From Balamuthia mandrillaris (taxonomy: Eukaryota), in assembly GCA_031835245.2 (NCBI GenBank), contig JAVKOQ020000101.1:62001-126000 (forward strand): 64,000 nt of DNA, given 5' to 3'. The first letter of the stretch is position 1. Every line of letters starts with the position of its first letter. The translations under genes and the position numbers were made by a program. The notes below the pieces were generated by a model that did not search any database, was not told the origin of the DNA, and saw only the letters and a program-made list of their open reading frames with translations. Below, piece after piece: positions 46,459 through 58,485 of the stretch.

Positions 46459-47501
46459 ATGGACAGCAAGGAAGCAAAGCGCAGCGTGCTGTTTGTGTGC
46501 CTCGGAAACATCTGTCGTTCCCCCATGGCCGAAATGGTGTTTCGCTACATGCTGGAAGAGCGTGGTTTGACCCACGAATGGTACCACTTTTTCGTGTGTG
46601 TTTGTTCTTCTTTTGTTGAAGGCGATGGCTTCTCATCCCTTTTGTGCTGTTTCACCTTTTCTTCTTTTTGCGTTTTCATTTTTTTTCTCTCATCTTTTTT
46701 TTTTTGAAGGAGAGTGGACTCAGCAGGAACAAGTGGGTACCACATCGGCGAAAAACCGGATCCTCGTACCCTCAAATGCTTGAAGCAAAAATATGGTAGC
46801 AAAGCCCCAAAGCCTAGTCTCGCCCGTCGTTCGTATAAACACTCTCTATCTTCTTGTTCTTGTTCTTGTTCTTGTCCTTGTTCTTCTTCTTCATCTTGTT
46901 GTTGTTGTTGTTGTTGTTGTTGTTCTTCTTCTTCTTCTTCTTCTTCTTCTTCTTCTTCTTCTTCTTCTTCTTCTTCTTCTTCTTCTTCTTCTTCTTCTTC
47001 TTCTTCTTCTTCTTCTTCTTCTTCTTCTTCTTCGTTTTCTTCTTCTTGTTCTTGTTCTTCTTGTTCTTGTTCTTCTTGTTCTTGTTCTTCTTCTTCTTGT
47101 TCTTCTTGTTCTTCTTCTTCTTCTTCTTCTTCTTCTTCTTCTTCTTCTTCTTCTTCTTCTTCTTCCTCTTCCTCTCTTCTCTGTTCTTTGCTTAACAAAT
47201 GTGTTTTGTTTGTGTTTTTTAAAAAGAGGTTTGCATTGAAGACTTTACCAGCTTTGAGTACATCCTTTGCATGGACGAAAGCAACCTGGCCGACCTTCAA
47301 AGCCTCGAAAGCAAAGCCAAAAAGCAGAAGACCAACCACTCCGCCTTTGCCACCCTCCGATTGCTGGGCAGCTACGACCCTGAAGGCCAACGCATCATCG
47401 GCGACCCTTACTACGACGGAGAGGAAAGCTTCGACCGCGTTTACCAACAGGTCACTCGCAGCTGTGCTGCTTTGTTGGATTCAAATGACCGCCATCAATG
47501 A
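46459..47501 (+). CDS. Low-molecular-weight protein-tyrosine phosphatase (2 introns)
   Basis: VLFVCLGNICRSPMAE P-loop, DSAGTSGYHIGEKPDPR, MDESNL, IGDPYY. Confidence 0.92.
46850..47170. repeat. (TCT/TGT)n trinucleotide array within the LMW-PTP intron
   Basis: Directly visible. Confidence 0.9.
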
Positions 47502-47761
47502 GCTACAAACAGCAAGAAGAATGCTTTTCTTTTTATTTTAATTTTTTTGTTGAATTACTGATGTCAGCATTACCTTAATGGAGATATGGTGATGTCATCG
47601 GTCCTAAATAGGCCGAAATAATCCAAATAAAGGTATACGGATCTATTACTACCAAATAAGCTTAAATTGGCCGACCTATATAAAAGTTTAAGGCTGTAAC
47701 GCAATAATAACCAGCAGCACCAAAAGGCCTGCACCCAACGCAAAACAAAACGCGCACCGAG

Positions 47762-48072
47762 ATGCCCCCGCTGCAGGACGATGGCTCCGGTTGTAGTTGC
47801 TGCTGTTGGCAAGGCGGGTATTGCTATTGCTGCGGGAGTAGACTTTGTTTACCCTTCTCGGTGCAAAAGGTAATGCATCGTTTGTGGGTTTCCTTTTGTT
47901 ATGAGCTTTCATTTTGTGTGGTAACCTCTCTGGTACTTTGCAGCCTCTTGAAACTTCTTGTTGGCAGTTTCTCAAACACAATCACACGTTAACGACTCTG
48001 TTTTGTGGTAATCCTTATGATGAGCTTCCTCACGGCATCCGAATCCTCCTGATAGTAAGTCATCCTCCTCAC

Positions 48073-48120
<48 letters not shown>

Positions 48121-48871
48121 AATCCCTTCTCGTTATTTATTCTTTTTTTAAAAAAGGTATTTATTCTGCTGTTAGAGTTCCTGTCAGCGCTTGCCAGCAC
48201 GTATGGGTTCACAGGAGCTGGCCGGGAACACATAGAAGATAGGTTAGAAGGAAGAGGCATTCTTATTGCTTTCATAACGCAAGGCGTTGGCGTAGCTATA
48301 GCTTTAAAGGTTTGTCTCTTGTTTTTCTTAAACAAGAACAAAACGATGCAAGCAAATAACCCTTGATGTCTGTTTTTTTAATCAGATCATTGAACGTGTT
48401 CCATGCGAGCGGATGTTGACATGGGCCTTCTCTCCTCAACAACAACGAGAGCAAGGCAGTGGGTGGGCCAAGTGGTTGATGTTCGGGATCTTCCTTTTGG
48501 CTTTTGCGGCGGTGGTCGCGTTCCTGGTGCTCATCTCCCTGAAGAATGCTGGACGTAACTGGTGGTTGACCGCTGCGGTGTTTGGCGGGCAGACGTTGAT
48601 TGGACTGCTGCTGGTGGAGACGCTCGTTCTCTTGGTGACGTATAACATCAAAGTCAGAGGAGGGCGCAACGTGGATGAAGAGGAGAATTACGACGAGGAT
48701 GATGAGGAGAACGGAGGCAAAGGAGCACAACAAAAAGAGGATCAAAGAGCGAAGCAACAGAAAGATAGTGAGGACGAGGATGATGAGGAGAACGGAGGCA
48801 AAGGAACACAACAAAAAGAGGAACAAAAAGAGAAGCAACGGAAAGATAGTGATGATGATAGTTCACATTGA
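47762..48871 (+). CDS. Multi-exon membrane protein with Cys-rich N-terminus and acidic duplicated tail
   Basis: MPPLQDDGSGCSCCCWQGGYCYCC, several hydrophobic segments, and a 66-bp tandem duplication (DEDDEENGGKGxQQKE). Exon structure is tentative. Confidence 0.5.
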
Positions 48872-49631
48872 AAAAAAAATAAAGAGAAAAAAAAAACAGA
48901 AAAGGTAGTTTGTTTTTTCCTTTGTGGGCGGAGTGGTGAGAGTTCACTCCGGGCGAAAAGCTCCGTAAGCTAAGCGAAAGATGGGACTCATTCAGTTTTT
49001 GTCTTTCAAGAACTTCTCTTGCCAGCGCCGAAAGCGCTCAGAGGGAGGAGGATATCGACCTCGAACACGTGGGCGTAACGCTTCATTGAAAAATTCGTCT
49101 ACTTCATTCTCAAGTCTTTTTTTTTTTTGTGTGAGGGGAGAGCGAGAAAAAGAAGAGCGGATAGAAGAGAGAAGACGGTCAGGCAGAGAGAAGTGAGGCT
49201 CTTATCAAAAACAAAAATTATAAACAAAATCACAACAAAACCCAAAAAAAAAGGGAGAAAAAACCAAACCTAGTGAAACTTTCCACTAGCTCGGTCAACT
49301 GAGAAAGAAAGATATCAGGTGCATGGGACGTCATCCGAGAGCCACCGCCTCGTCCGTTTGCCTTCCTTGCTTGCTTGCTTGCTGTTTCCTTAGGTCTCTT
49401 GCTTCGTTCGAAACAAAGTCGTCAGATATTTCGTGCTATGCAATTCATTTATTAGGATGACATCACACATTTCTTTAAATAGAAATTGCTTACCTCATAC
49501 ATTCTGTAGAATTTCTGAAGCCGTTGGGCTTCTTTGGAACACCTATCCTGCAGTATTCGAGCACAAGCTGGGCAACCGCCATTGTCGACAAAAAAAACAA
49601 AATGCAAAATAAAAAATAAAAATAAAATAGA

Positions 49632-52306
49632 ATGGAAGCCGAAAGAGCAATGGCGAGCCTTGAGGAATGCGTTTCTTGCCCACGAGGGGAAGAAGGAGAA
49701 GGCCCGGACAGTGCGTTCGCTCGCTTCCAGGCCCTCTTGCAAGAGTCTGCTGGTTCTATTCCGCAATCCTCCATCGACCGCCTGCTGCACTGCTGCCTTC
49801 GCGCCGGGCAGCCCGAGATGGCTGGCTTCCTCCTCGAGCGACACTCTGCGGACGTGGAGAGCCTCGAGGGGCGCAGCAGGAGCAACAAGAAGAGCTGCTT
49901 GATGAACGCCATCACCAGCGGCATCGCGCGCAACGAGGAATGCCTGCTGGCGGTGCTGCAAAAGGGAGTCCCCTCCGCCAAGCAACTCAACGAAGCGCTG
50001 TGTGGCGCTGCTAAACTTGCCAGACTGGATTATATCAGTTAGCCTTTTCTTTCTTCTTCCTTTCTTTCTTCTTTTTTTTCTCTTTTTTTTAAACTTTTTT
50101 TTTTCACAAAAGAGTTACTGGTGGAGCATGGAGCAGACGTGAACTACAAGGAACCTAACTATCTTAACACCGCATTGCACCTCTGCGCCCTTCGCTCCGA
50201 TGAGAAGGCCATCGAGTATTTGCTCTCCAAAGGAGCCTCGCCTTCTCACCTCAATGCTCATGCTGAGACTGCGTTGCATAAGGCCGTGGCTAATCCCTCC
50301 GCCTCGCTGGAGTGTGTGCGGTTGTTGCTTCAGCACGGGGCTTCCGTTCTTGTACGAGCTTTCATTCTGCTTTCCTCTCTTCGCTTTGTGCTCTTCACTG
50401 TGCACGCTTTTCTGCTCTTCTCTCTTGCTTTCTGTCTCCATTATCTTAGCTCTTTTCTCTTTCAGGTCTGCAACAAACAAGGAGAGACTGCGTTCTATAA
50501 AGCCATAGAAAGAGGCAACCTAGCTGCTGCTAAACTCATGATCGAACAATACTTTTCTCAAAAAGAAAAAGAGCAAGAGCAACACACAACTTCGTTGTTA
50601 CATCAAGCGGCGATGGCAGGAAATGCTGAAATAATGGAGATGTTATTGTCTCGCGATGTTACTTCAGACATTGGAAGAAAGGACAACGACGGAAACACAC
50701 CGCTTCATTTGGCAACGATGGCCTTGAAAGAGAAACATTTACAGCAGCAGTTGCAACAAAGCGCCCGTCGTTCAGCTTCAGACGGCTTGGCTATGCATCA
50801 TTGCTATGCCCCGGAAGACTTGAAATGCATTGAGTTACTTCTCGGTACCGAGGACGCGTTTTCTTTCTCTTCTTCTATCTTCGTGTTCTAGTTTATCCTT
50901 TTCTTCCTTTTCTTCTTTGTGTTCTAGTTGTTCTCATTCTCCTTTTCTCACTTTCCTGCTTCTCACATTTCTTGTCGTAATTCAGAAAAGGATCCATCTC
51001 AATTAAACGTTCCGTCACAACAAACCGGAGAAACACCATTACACAACGCGGTGAAAGCCGGACTTCCTCCATCTCTCATCACCCTCTTCCTCTCTTCTGG
51101 GGCTGACCCATCTCTTCTCAACAACAATCAAAGAACTGCTCTCGACGAAGCAGCAGCGGCTCTAAATGTGCCTTGTGTTACTGCTTTTTTGGACCACATT
51201 CTAAACAACGACAACAACGAAGAGGAGAATGAAGAAGGAAAAGGGAAAGCAAAGAAGGTAACAACGATTGCTTTGATGGAATATCGCGACGACGAAGGAA
51301 ACTCATTACTCCACAAAGCTGCAACTTCTCTCGAGTTTTGTTCATGCATCACGACGCTATTATCACAAAACGGAAACGAAAGAAGAGGAAAGTTTTTGTT
51401 GCATGAGAGCATTGACTTTTGTCTGTTGATTGACGAACCCAATCATAACGGCGATACACCGTTGATGTTAGCGCTACAACATGGCGTGTTAGATGCAGTT
51501 GCTCTGTTATTGGACTTTGGGGCAAGTTTGCATTCTTCTGCTGCTCCTTCTTCGTCAAAGAATGTAGAAAACAATGCCTTGGATGTTGCGATCAAAATGG
51601 GAGATATTCATGCGTTAATGTTGATTGTGGAGAAGAGAGGAACAAACATCTTCGATGAGAGGATAAAGCAACGAATGAAAGACTATCGAGACGAAGAAGG
51701 CCTCACTTTGTTGCATCGGTATCTTTGCTTTTTCTTTTTCAACCTCTTTTTCTATCCTTTCTCGTTTGAGCTAACCTTTCCTTCGAATGAAGGGCGGTCC
51801 GCTTTAATAACATCGAAGCAACTCGTCTCTGCATCGAAACTGCCGGTCTTGATCTTCACTCTACCTCCATTTATTTACAACAGCAACAAAATGGAGTTAC
51901 TGAAGAGGGTGGTGACGACGAAGACGAATTTGAAGAGGATCGTTTCATCTGCGACGTCTATTCAAGGGGAGGAACTCCTCTTCATCTTCTTTGCAACACA
52001 GAAGAAGGACACGTCACAGAAACTACCAAACAACTGCTTCGCTACATCTTATCTCAGCTTCAGCTTCAACAACAACTGCCTCAACTTCTCAACAACACGA
52101 AAGATTTTGAGGGCAACACTCCGATTCATTTGTGTTGTCAGAATAACCATTTGAATTTGTTGGAGGTGATGAAAGAGGAGATCAAAGACTTGTCTCAGGC
52201 GATCGACTTTGAGGTGACGAACCTTAGAGGAGAAACAGCGGTGGATGTGGCTGAGCTGTATGGTTTTGAGGAGTGTGCTTCTTTCCTTCGACTGCTACAA
52301 CCATAA
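49632..52306 (+). CDS. Ankyrin-repeat protein (multi-exon)
   Basis: Many TALH/TPLH motifs (NTALHLCA, ETALHKAV, GNTPLHLA, GETPLHNAV, GDTPLMLA, GNTPIHLC); last exon ends at TAA 52304-52306. Confidence 0.85.
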
Positions 52307-52452
52307 ACAAGAATAGACTGCCTACTCAACTTTTTGTTGCGGCTGTTCCGCACGGCAGAGAGGAAGCCATACCAAATACTATCACTTGTGCATGCAAGCC
52401 AAACAACCTACTTAGCAACAAGAAAGAAAAATTGACGCATATTTACCACCAA

Positions 52453-52523
52453 GCATCCGTAGTCTAGGGGCATGATTTCCGCCTGCCACGCGGGAGGCCC
52501 GGGTTCAACTCCCGGCGGATGCA
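52453..52523 (+). tRNA. tRNA-Gly(GCC), copy 1
   Basis: GCATCCG/CGGATGC acceptor stem; anticodon loop CTGCCAC; T-arm CCGGGTTCAACTCCCGG; oligo-T downstream. Confidence 0.92.
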
Positions 52524-52852
52524 CATTCTTTTATGCTTTTTTCCCTTTTTTGCAATAGTAGCCTGCTGCTGGTCCAGGGCGGCATTTTTTTGTGTGTGGT
52601 GATGTGAATGAAACTCAAGGGTTTGCTGGATTAAGTTTATGAACAACAATCAGAGAGAGACGCGAAACCAACGGTGCCCAGGGTAGGAGATAGAAACAAC
52701 TCCTAATCGATAACCACCGGACAGTAGTAGCTCCAAAAGGACCCAAAGAAGAAAACGTGAAAGAGAACGAAAAAGTTGACGATGACGATGGTTGCAAAGC
52801 CGAAGGAGTTTCTCTGGCATTATGAGGTTTTAAAAAATGACAAAAAGCAATG

Positions 52853-52923
52853 TGCATCCGCCGGGAGTTGAACCCGGGCCTCCCGCGTGGCAGGCGGAAA
52901 TCATGCCCCTAGACTACGGATGC
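52853..52923 (-). tRNA. tRNA-Gly(GCC), copy 2
   Basis: Exact reverse complement of copy 1. Confidence 0.92.
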
Positions 52924-53183
52924 TTGGTGAAATTAAGAGAATATCCTGACGTAACCTAAAGCTCATCCAAGCCTTTTTGATTGGGCAAAGGGATCGAACA
53001 TGGAGAGAGCTCTGGTGGCCGGAGTTATCAAGATGACGGAGGGGAAGCAGAAGGGGAGCAACAACACAACGAAGAAGAAGCAGAGGAGGAGGAGGAAGAC
53101 CAGGAGGAATCCGATTGGAAAAGGAAGAACTTCAAATAGCCGTGTTATCCACCAAAGACAAAGGAAAACGCTGCCGATGAGGA

Positions 53184-54848
53184 ATGGAGCCTGCACCGGG
53201 AGACAAGAGCGAGGAGGTTGCAGAGGACGACGAACAGGAGGAAGATGAAGTTTTCGCACTTCCCCGGCTTCTCCAACCCTTGGCACACTCAACCATCTGC
53301 TGCCTCCCCTACAAAGGTTTGACCTCTTTGCCGCGGGCGTTTGGTAGGCTCACCGCTCTTGCCTACTGCGACCTCAACAACAACGAGCTTACCTGCTTGC
53401 CGAGAGAATTTGGCCAGCTCACCGTCCTCACCCAGTGCTACCTCTCCCACAACAAGCTGACCTCTTTGCCGAGGGAATTTGGCCAGCTCACCGCTCTCAC
53501 TCACCTCAACCTCACCAACAACAAACTGACCTACTTGCCGAATGAATTTGGCCAGCTTACCGCTCTTACCGAGTGCTACCTCACCAACAACAAGCTTTCA
53601 TCCTTGTCGAGAGAGTTTGGCCAGCTCACCGCTCTCACCGCGTGCTGCCTCTCCTACAACCAGCTTTCATCCTTGCCGAGAGATTTTGGCCAGCTCACCG
53701 CTCTCACCCAGTGCTACCTCTCCAACAACCAGCTGACCTCCTTGCCGAGCGAATTTGGCCAGCTGTTCGCTCTTACCTCCTGCTACCTCCACACCAACAA
53801 GCTAGCCTCCTTGCCAAGGGAATATGGCCAGCTCACCGCTCTCTCCGACTGCAACCTCTCCAACAACAAGCTGACCTCCTTACCGAGGGAGTTTGGCCAG
53901 CTCACCGCTCTCACTGTGTGCTACCTCCACAACAACAAGCTGAGCTCCTTGCCGAGAGAGTTTGGCCAGCTGACTGCTCTCAGACGCTGCTACCTCTCCG
54001 ACAACAAGCTGACCTCTTTGCCGAGCGAGTTTGGACAGCTCAACGCTCTCACCCACTGCAACCTCAACAATAACGAGCTGGCCTCCTTGCCGAGGGAATT
54101 TGGCCAGCTCACCGCTCTCACTGTGTGCTACCTCAACAACAACAAGCTTTCATCCTTGCCGAGGGAATTTGGCCAGCTCACCGCTCTCACTCACTGCAAC
54201 CTCCACAACAACAAGCTTTCATCCTTGCCGAAGGAGTTTGGCCAGCTCACCGCGCTTGCTGTGTGCTACCTCTCCAACAACCAGCTGAGCTCCTTGCCGA
54301 GAGAATTTGGCCAGCTCACCGCTCTCTCCAACTGCCACCTGGATGATAACCCCTTGGCAGCACTGCCTTGCTCTATGGTTTTGCTTCTTCCGTCCTTGAA
54401 GCTCTCCCAGCAACCCTTTCATCAGCAAGAGGTCAGGGAGAAGCAGGAGAAAAGAGCGAAACCCAACCAATCAACGCCCATGAGAAGCAACCATGCAACT
54501 GTGAAAAGTTTGTGGCACTTGAGCGGGGAGACGGTGCTGCGGAAAAAGCTTTTACCAACAGGCCTGTTGAGCTCTGTTCCAGCTTCCCCCCTCACTTGGC
54601 TTTCTTCAGAGAGGAATACAAACCAGCAAGGAACAAAAGAAGAATGGAAAGAAGAAGGAGAAGGGAGTGTGGAGGAGGTCACGGTGCTGCCGGAAGAAGT
54701 GAAGGAAAGACTGGACCGGTTGCAGAGAAGATGTGATGTTTGTGAGCAGCTGTATTTACAGGCAGAAAAGGAGGAGGAGAATGAAGCAGAAGAACAACCA
54801 AGGCAAGTCGTGAGAAGATATTGGGACCAGCAAAGAGAAGTTTGTTAA
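53184..54848 (+). CDS. Leucine-rich-repeat protein (15 x 23-aa repeats) with putative BC-box/CxxC C-terminus
   Basis: Repeat LxSLPREFGQLTALxxCxLxxNx; C-terminal KSLWHLSGETVL...LPEEVKERL...CDVC. The true start is uncertain. Confidence 0.85.
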   Translation: MEPAPGDKSEEVAEDDEQEEDEVFALPRLLQPLAHSTICCLPYKGLTSLPRAFGRLTALAYCDLNNNELTCLPREFGQLTVLTQCYLSHNKLTSLPREFGQLTALTHLNLTNNKLTYLPNEFGQLTALTECYLTNNKLSSLSREFGQLTALTACCLSYNQLSSLPRDFGQLTALTQCYLSNNQLTSLPSEFGQLFALTSCYLHTNKLASLPREYGQLTALSDCNLSNNKLTSLPREFGQLTALTVCYLHNNKLSSLPREFGQLTALRRCYLSDNKLTSLPSEFGQLNALTHCNLNNNELASLPREFGQLTALTVCYLNNNKLSSLPREFGQLTALTHCNLHNNKLSSLPKEFGQLTALAVCYLSNNQLSSLPREFGQLTALSNCHLDDNPLAALPCSMVLLLPSLKLSQQPFHQQEVREKQEKRAKPNQSTPMRSNHATVKSLWHLSGETVLRKKLLPTGLLSSVPASPLTWLSSERNTNQQGTKEEWKEEGEGSVEEVTVLPEEVKERLDRLQRRCDVCEQLYLQAEKEEENEAEEQPRQVVRRYWDQQREVC

Positions 54849-56006
54849 CAAAACGACCAACAACACCAACAAAAGGTTGCTGAAGAGGGTGTAGGAAAGA
54901 GTGCCTTCCACTGTGAAGAGGAGGGCCAATGCCATCGCATTCCTATCCACCGGCATCCCTCTAAAGTAAGGTCTCTCTCCTGCTTGGACGAAAAAAAAAA
55001 GGAAATGGGAAGAAAAGAAAAAATAAGAAACAAACAAATGGTTAATGGCGAATGATCGTTATGGGTGTTGAAGCGTTTATGTACGGTTTATCCCTCCTTC
55101 CTACTACTCTTTGAGTTGTTTTCCTTTCCTCAAAGCTCAATAACAAAACAACAAAACAACAAAACGGAACAAAAAAAAAAGAGGAGGCTCGTTCCTCTGC
55201 ATTTTTTCTCGTTTAAAAATTGTGACGAAAGCAAACAAAAGGGACGTGAAAATAAATAAAGAGTGAGATAGACAAAGAAAACGGAGCAAAGGTTCGGTGC
55301 GAAGGGATGAGACCAGTACCACGAAAAAGAAGGAACCCAAAAACAGAGGGGAGCGAGAGAGAAGAGAAAAGAGGATAGAAAAAACAGAGAAGGATAGAGA
55401 AGAGAAGAGAAGAAGTGAAGCAACAAGAGAGAAAAAGCCCAAGAGAGCAAGGATGAGAGAGAGAGAGAGAGAGAGAACCTGGGGCGGACTTTAGGCCAAA
55501 CACATTAAAGTATGCCAAGCGAACGGCCATGTTGCACAAATAGCAAGCACCGACTACCAAAGCGCCCAAAGAGAACTGAGTGTAGGTCAACACGCAGACA
55601 ACCGGCACCACCCCAAAATTCACCAAGTCGCAGAGAGAGTCCAAATGTCCTCCCACTTTCCCAATCAAAGGATCTCTCCCTTTCTATTTGTTTATTATTA
55701 TTTTTTTGGTTTTTCTTTTGGTGAGTGTTCGAATGAAAAGAGGAGGAAAGGAAAAAAGAAAAGAGAAAAAAAAGGGGAGCGGATTACCTTGGCAGCAAGC
55801 TCACGAGCAATAGCTCCGTCCAGCCAGTCGCACAGGCACGAAACCATGAGGGTGCACATGGCCAGGTTGAAGCGTTGCGACACCAAAATCAAATAGAGCG
55901 TGATGTTGCCAAACACCAACCCCGTGAGGGTACACAAGTTGGCGGGGTCGGAGGCATACCACCACATCCCCTTCGAAGGGTCCACCACCGCCGCCGGCGA
56001 AGACAT
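54756..56006 (-). CDS. CDP-alcohol phosphatidyltransferase (PssA-like), 2 introns
   Basis: DPANLCT, DWLDGAIAR, GGHLDSLCD, RLAYFN. A phase-1 intron (55478-54980) joins to GERPYFRGMP, an FxGxP motif. Confidence 0.82.
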
Positions 56007-56119
56007 TCTCTCTCGTTGTTCTGGATTTTAGCAAACAAAAAACGAAAATGTCGGCAAAAACTGAATTTTCGGTTCTGATTAATCTGGTGCCTAATTCATT
56101 AAAATTTACTTAATAAGTT

Positions 56120-56270
56120 CAACGCCACGTCATTACCCGAGAGTTTTGCCTTTTGCGCGTAGTGCCACGTCATCCGGTGACATTCGTCATTTCACGAAAC
56201 AACATAACTACGATTTCTGATTGGTTGAGAAATTAAATTTTCCGGTACCACAAAATTTCCGAACCAATCA
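56120..56270. promoter_or_regulatory. Symmetric bidirectional promoter elements
   Basis: GCCACGTCAT occurs twice (56124, 56164). Inverted CCAAT boxes form an imperfect IR TGATTGGTT...AACCAATCA (56218-56270) between the divergent genes. Confidence 0.45.
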
Positions 56271-56533
56271 CGATGAATGTAAATCACGGAAAAAGGAACA
56301 TGCCCGGAAAATTCCAAGATTGGCGAAAACTATAAATATTGGAACCCAAAGCCCATGAATCCAAATTCATTCTTTTTAAATAGTTTCAAAGCGTTCACAT
56401 CTCTCTCTCTTTATTGTGCCCGCATTCTGCGTTAAATAATAGTTTTTTTTTCTGCTTTTTTTTTGTCTTCTATTCCCCCTCTTTCACATTACTCTAAATC
56501 ACACACTACAAACCAAACAAACAACTAAGCAAA

Positions 56534-58154
56534 ATGTCATACTATGAGTCCAAGTTGTCCGCCTTGTACGCCGACATTGACCACGAAGACGGGTGCGCCT
56601 ATCCCAACTACTGTAACGGTGAATTAAGGTAACCTTTCGTTTCTCTTTCTAGTTGTGAACAGTTTTGTTGGAATTTTTTTTAAAGAAAAATGGAATGACG
56701 TCATTTTTCTGCTTTTTTCTGCTTTCTTCCAATTTTCCTGCTGCTTGCCTCTTTTTTTCGTCCGTTTATCTCTTTACTTTCACTATTTATATGAAACGCG
56801 TTTTTTTTTTTTTGTTATTTCTGCTTTAAATTCAAACAGCGTTCGTTTTGTTTACACATCCATCCATCCATCCACTCGCTCTCTTTCTCTTGCTGTATAT
56901 TTATTCTTATTCTTATTATTATTATTTTTGTTAACAAAAATCATGTTTAGAAAAACTTCACGGCTGGACGAGCTGGAAAAAGAAATGCAGAGGAAAGAAG
57001 TGCCGGAGACGTCCCCACCCGGTGCCCCCTCCGACAAAGAGCTCAGCCAAAAGGAAAAGGAGGTCTTTTCCTCGCTGTCTGGTCTCAACGACGTCGTTGT
57101 TCCTGGTTCTTCGTCCTCTTCCTCCTCCGCTTCCGCCTCTGCCAACTCCTCCTCCAAAGAAAAGGACAGGGCGCCCATCCATTTCATCTATTCCGTCGGT
57201 TGCTTTGACCTCTTTCACTACGGCCACAAGATCCTCTTCTCCCGCATGCGGCGCTTCGGCGGGGAGGGCTGCAAGCTCGTCATCGGCGTCCACGATGACC
57301 TCTCCATCTACAAGCTGAAGGCCAAGTGGCCGATCGACCCGCTGGAGAAGCGGCTGGCCAACGTGGCCAAGTACGCCGACCGAGCGTTTGTCATCCCGTC
57401 CACCGATCCCACTCCCTACCTGGCCGCCATCATTGATAAAAAGGTAAGCGTCGTCTTCTTCCCCTTTCTCTCTTCTCTTTTTGTTGTCCATGGATCACCC
57501 GTCCGGTTTTTTTGTTTCTTTTCTCGTTATTTTTTTTGCAAAAGACTAGAAGAAAGGCCATGCATGGATGGACATTCCTTCTATTCTTTTTGTATTGTGT
57601 GTGTTTGCTTTGTGAAAGCTAGACGCAACGAACGAGCCCTGAACCCAAAGGCCTTCCTTCATTCCTGGGACTCCCTCTCTCTGTCTCCCTCGACGAGCCG
57701 CTGCTCTGGCCACCACCCGCTTAGGACAATTTCGACAACGACAAAGGCTGAGAATGAGGAGGAGGAGAAGAGGAGAGGGAGAACCGTTAGGAAAAAGAGG
57801 CGCTCTTGGATAACGTGTCGTGTTTGCTTTTGTGACTCTCTTTGTTTTTTGTTGTAAACTGTTTGTGCATCACGTGGCTAACATGTGCTTTCATCTCTTT
57901 TAAAAACCAAACAATAGGAAGCAGCGTTCTCTGTGTACATGAGAGGCAACGACATGCCCACCTTCCCCGGTCGGCAGCTCATCGAGAAGCTCGGCATGCG
58001 AATCCACCTCTTCCCCTACACCTCGAGCGTGAGCAGCACCATGCTGCGAGAAAAGCTGCTGAGCGGGGCCGCCCACAAAACCAACAAAAAAGCGGACCCC
58101 CATCACCCCAAGCGAACAAAGCTTCTACAGAGCCACGAAGCCTCCCCGCAATGA
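56534..58154 (+). CDS. Cytidylyltransferase (TagD/CTP_transf-like), 2 introns
   Basis: GCFDLFHYGH (HxGH), LVIGVHDD, YMRGND, PYTSSVSSTMLR. Introns 56629-56950 and 57444-57917 keep frame. Confidence 0.88.
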
Positions 58155-58431
58155 CCGCATGCATGCCAGAAAAAAATGGAGAAAAAGCAAAAGAAACAAA
58201 TATTCTGTTCCTCTTGTAAACTACTTTCAAAATATACACTTCTCAAACAAAACAAAACATATACTCGACCTGTCCATTTTCTCTCTCTCTCGCTCTCGCT
58301 CTTCCTCCCTCAGTCACATCGCCTTTTTCATTCCCTTATAAGAGAATGCGGAAGAGAGGAGAGAAGGAGAAGGGAGAGAGCAATAAAGAAGAAGAAGAAG
58401 AAGAGCAAGAAGAGCAAGAAGAGCAAGAAGA

Positions 58432-58485
<54 letters not shown>

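Noticed and set aside
46545..47447. 300-aa poly-Glu ORF and companion poly-Ser/Leu/Phe ORFs
   Set aside because: Trinucleotide repeat inside the LMW-PTP intron, read in various frames.
53000..53183. Acidic coding-like stretches upstream of the LRR ORF in different frames
   Set aside because: Could be a frameshifted 5' extension or just purine-rich sequence; not resolvable without transcripts.
54849..54990. Open frame continuing past the LRR stop, suggesting readthrough or a premature stop
   Set aside because: Better explained as the antisense of the phosphatidyltransferase last exon.
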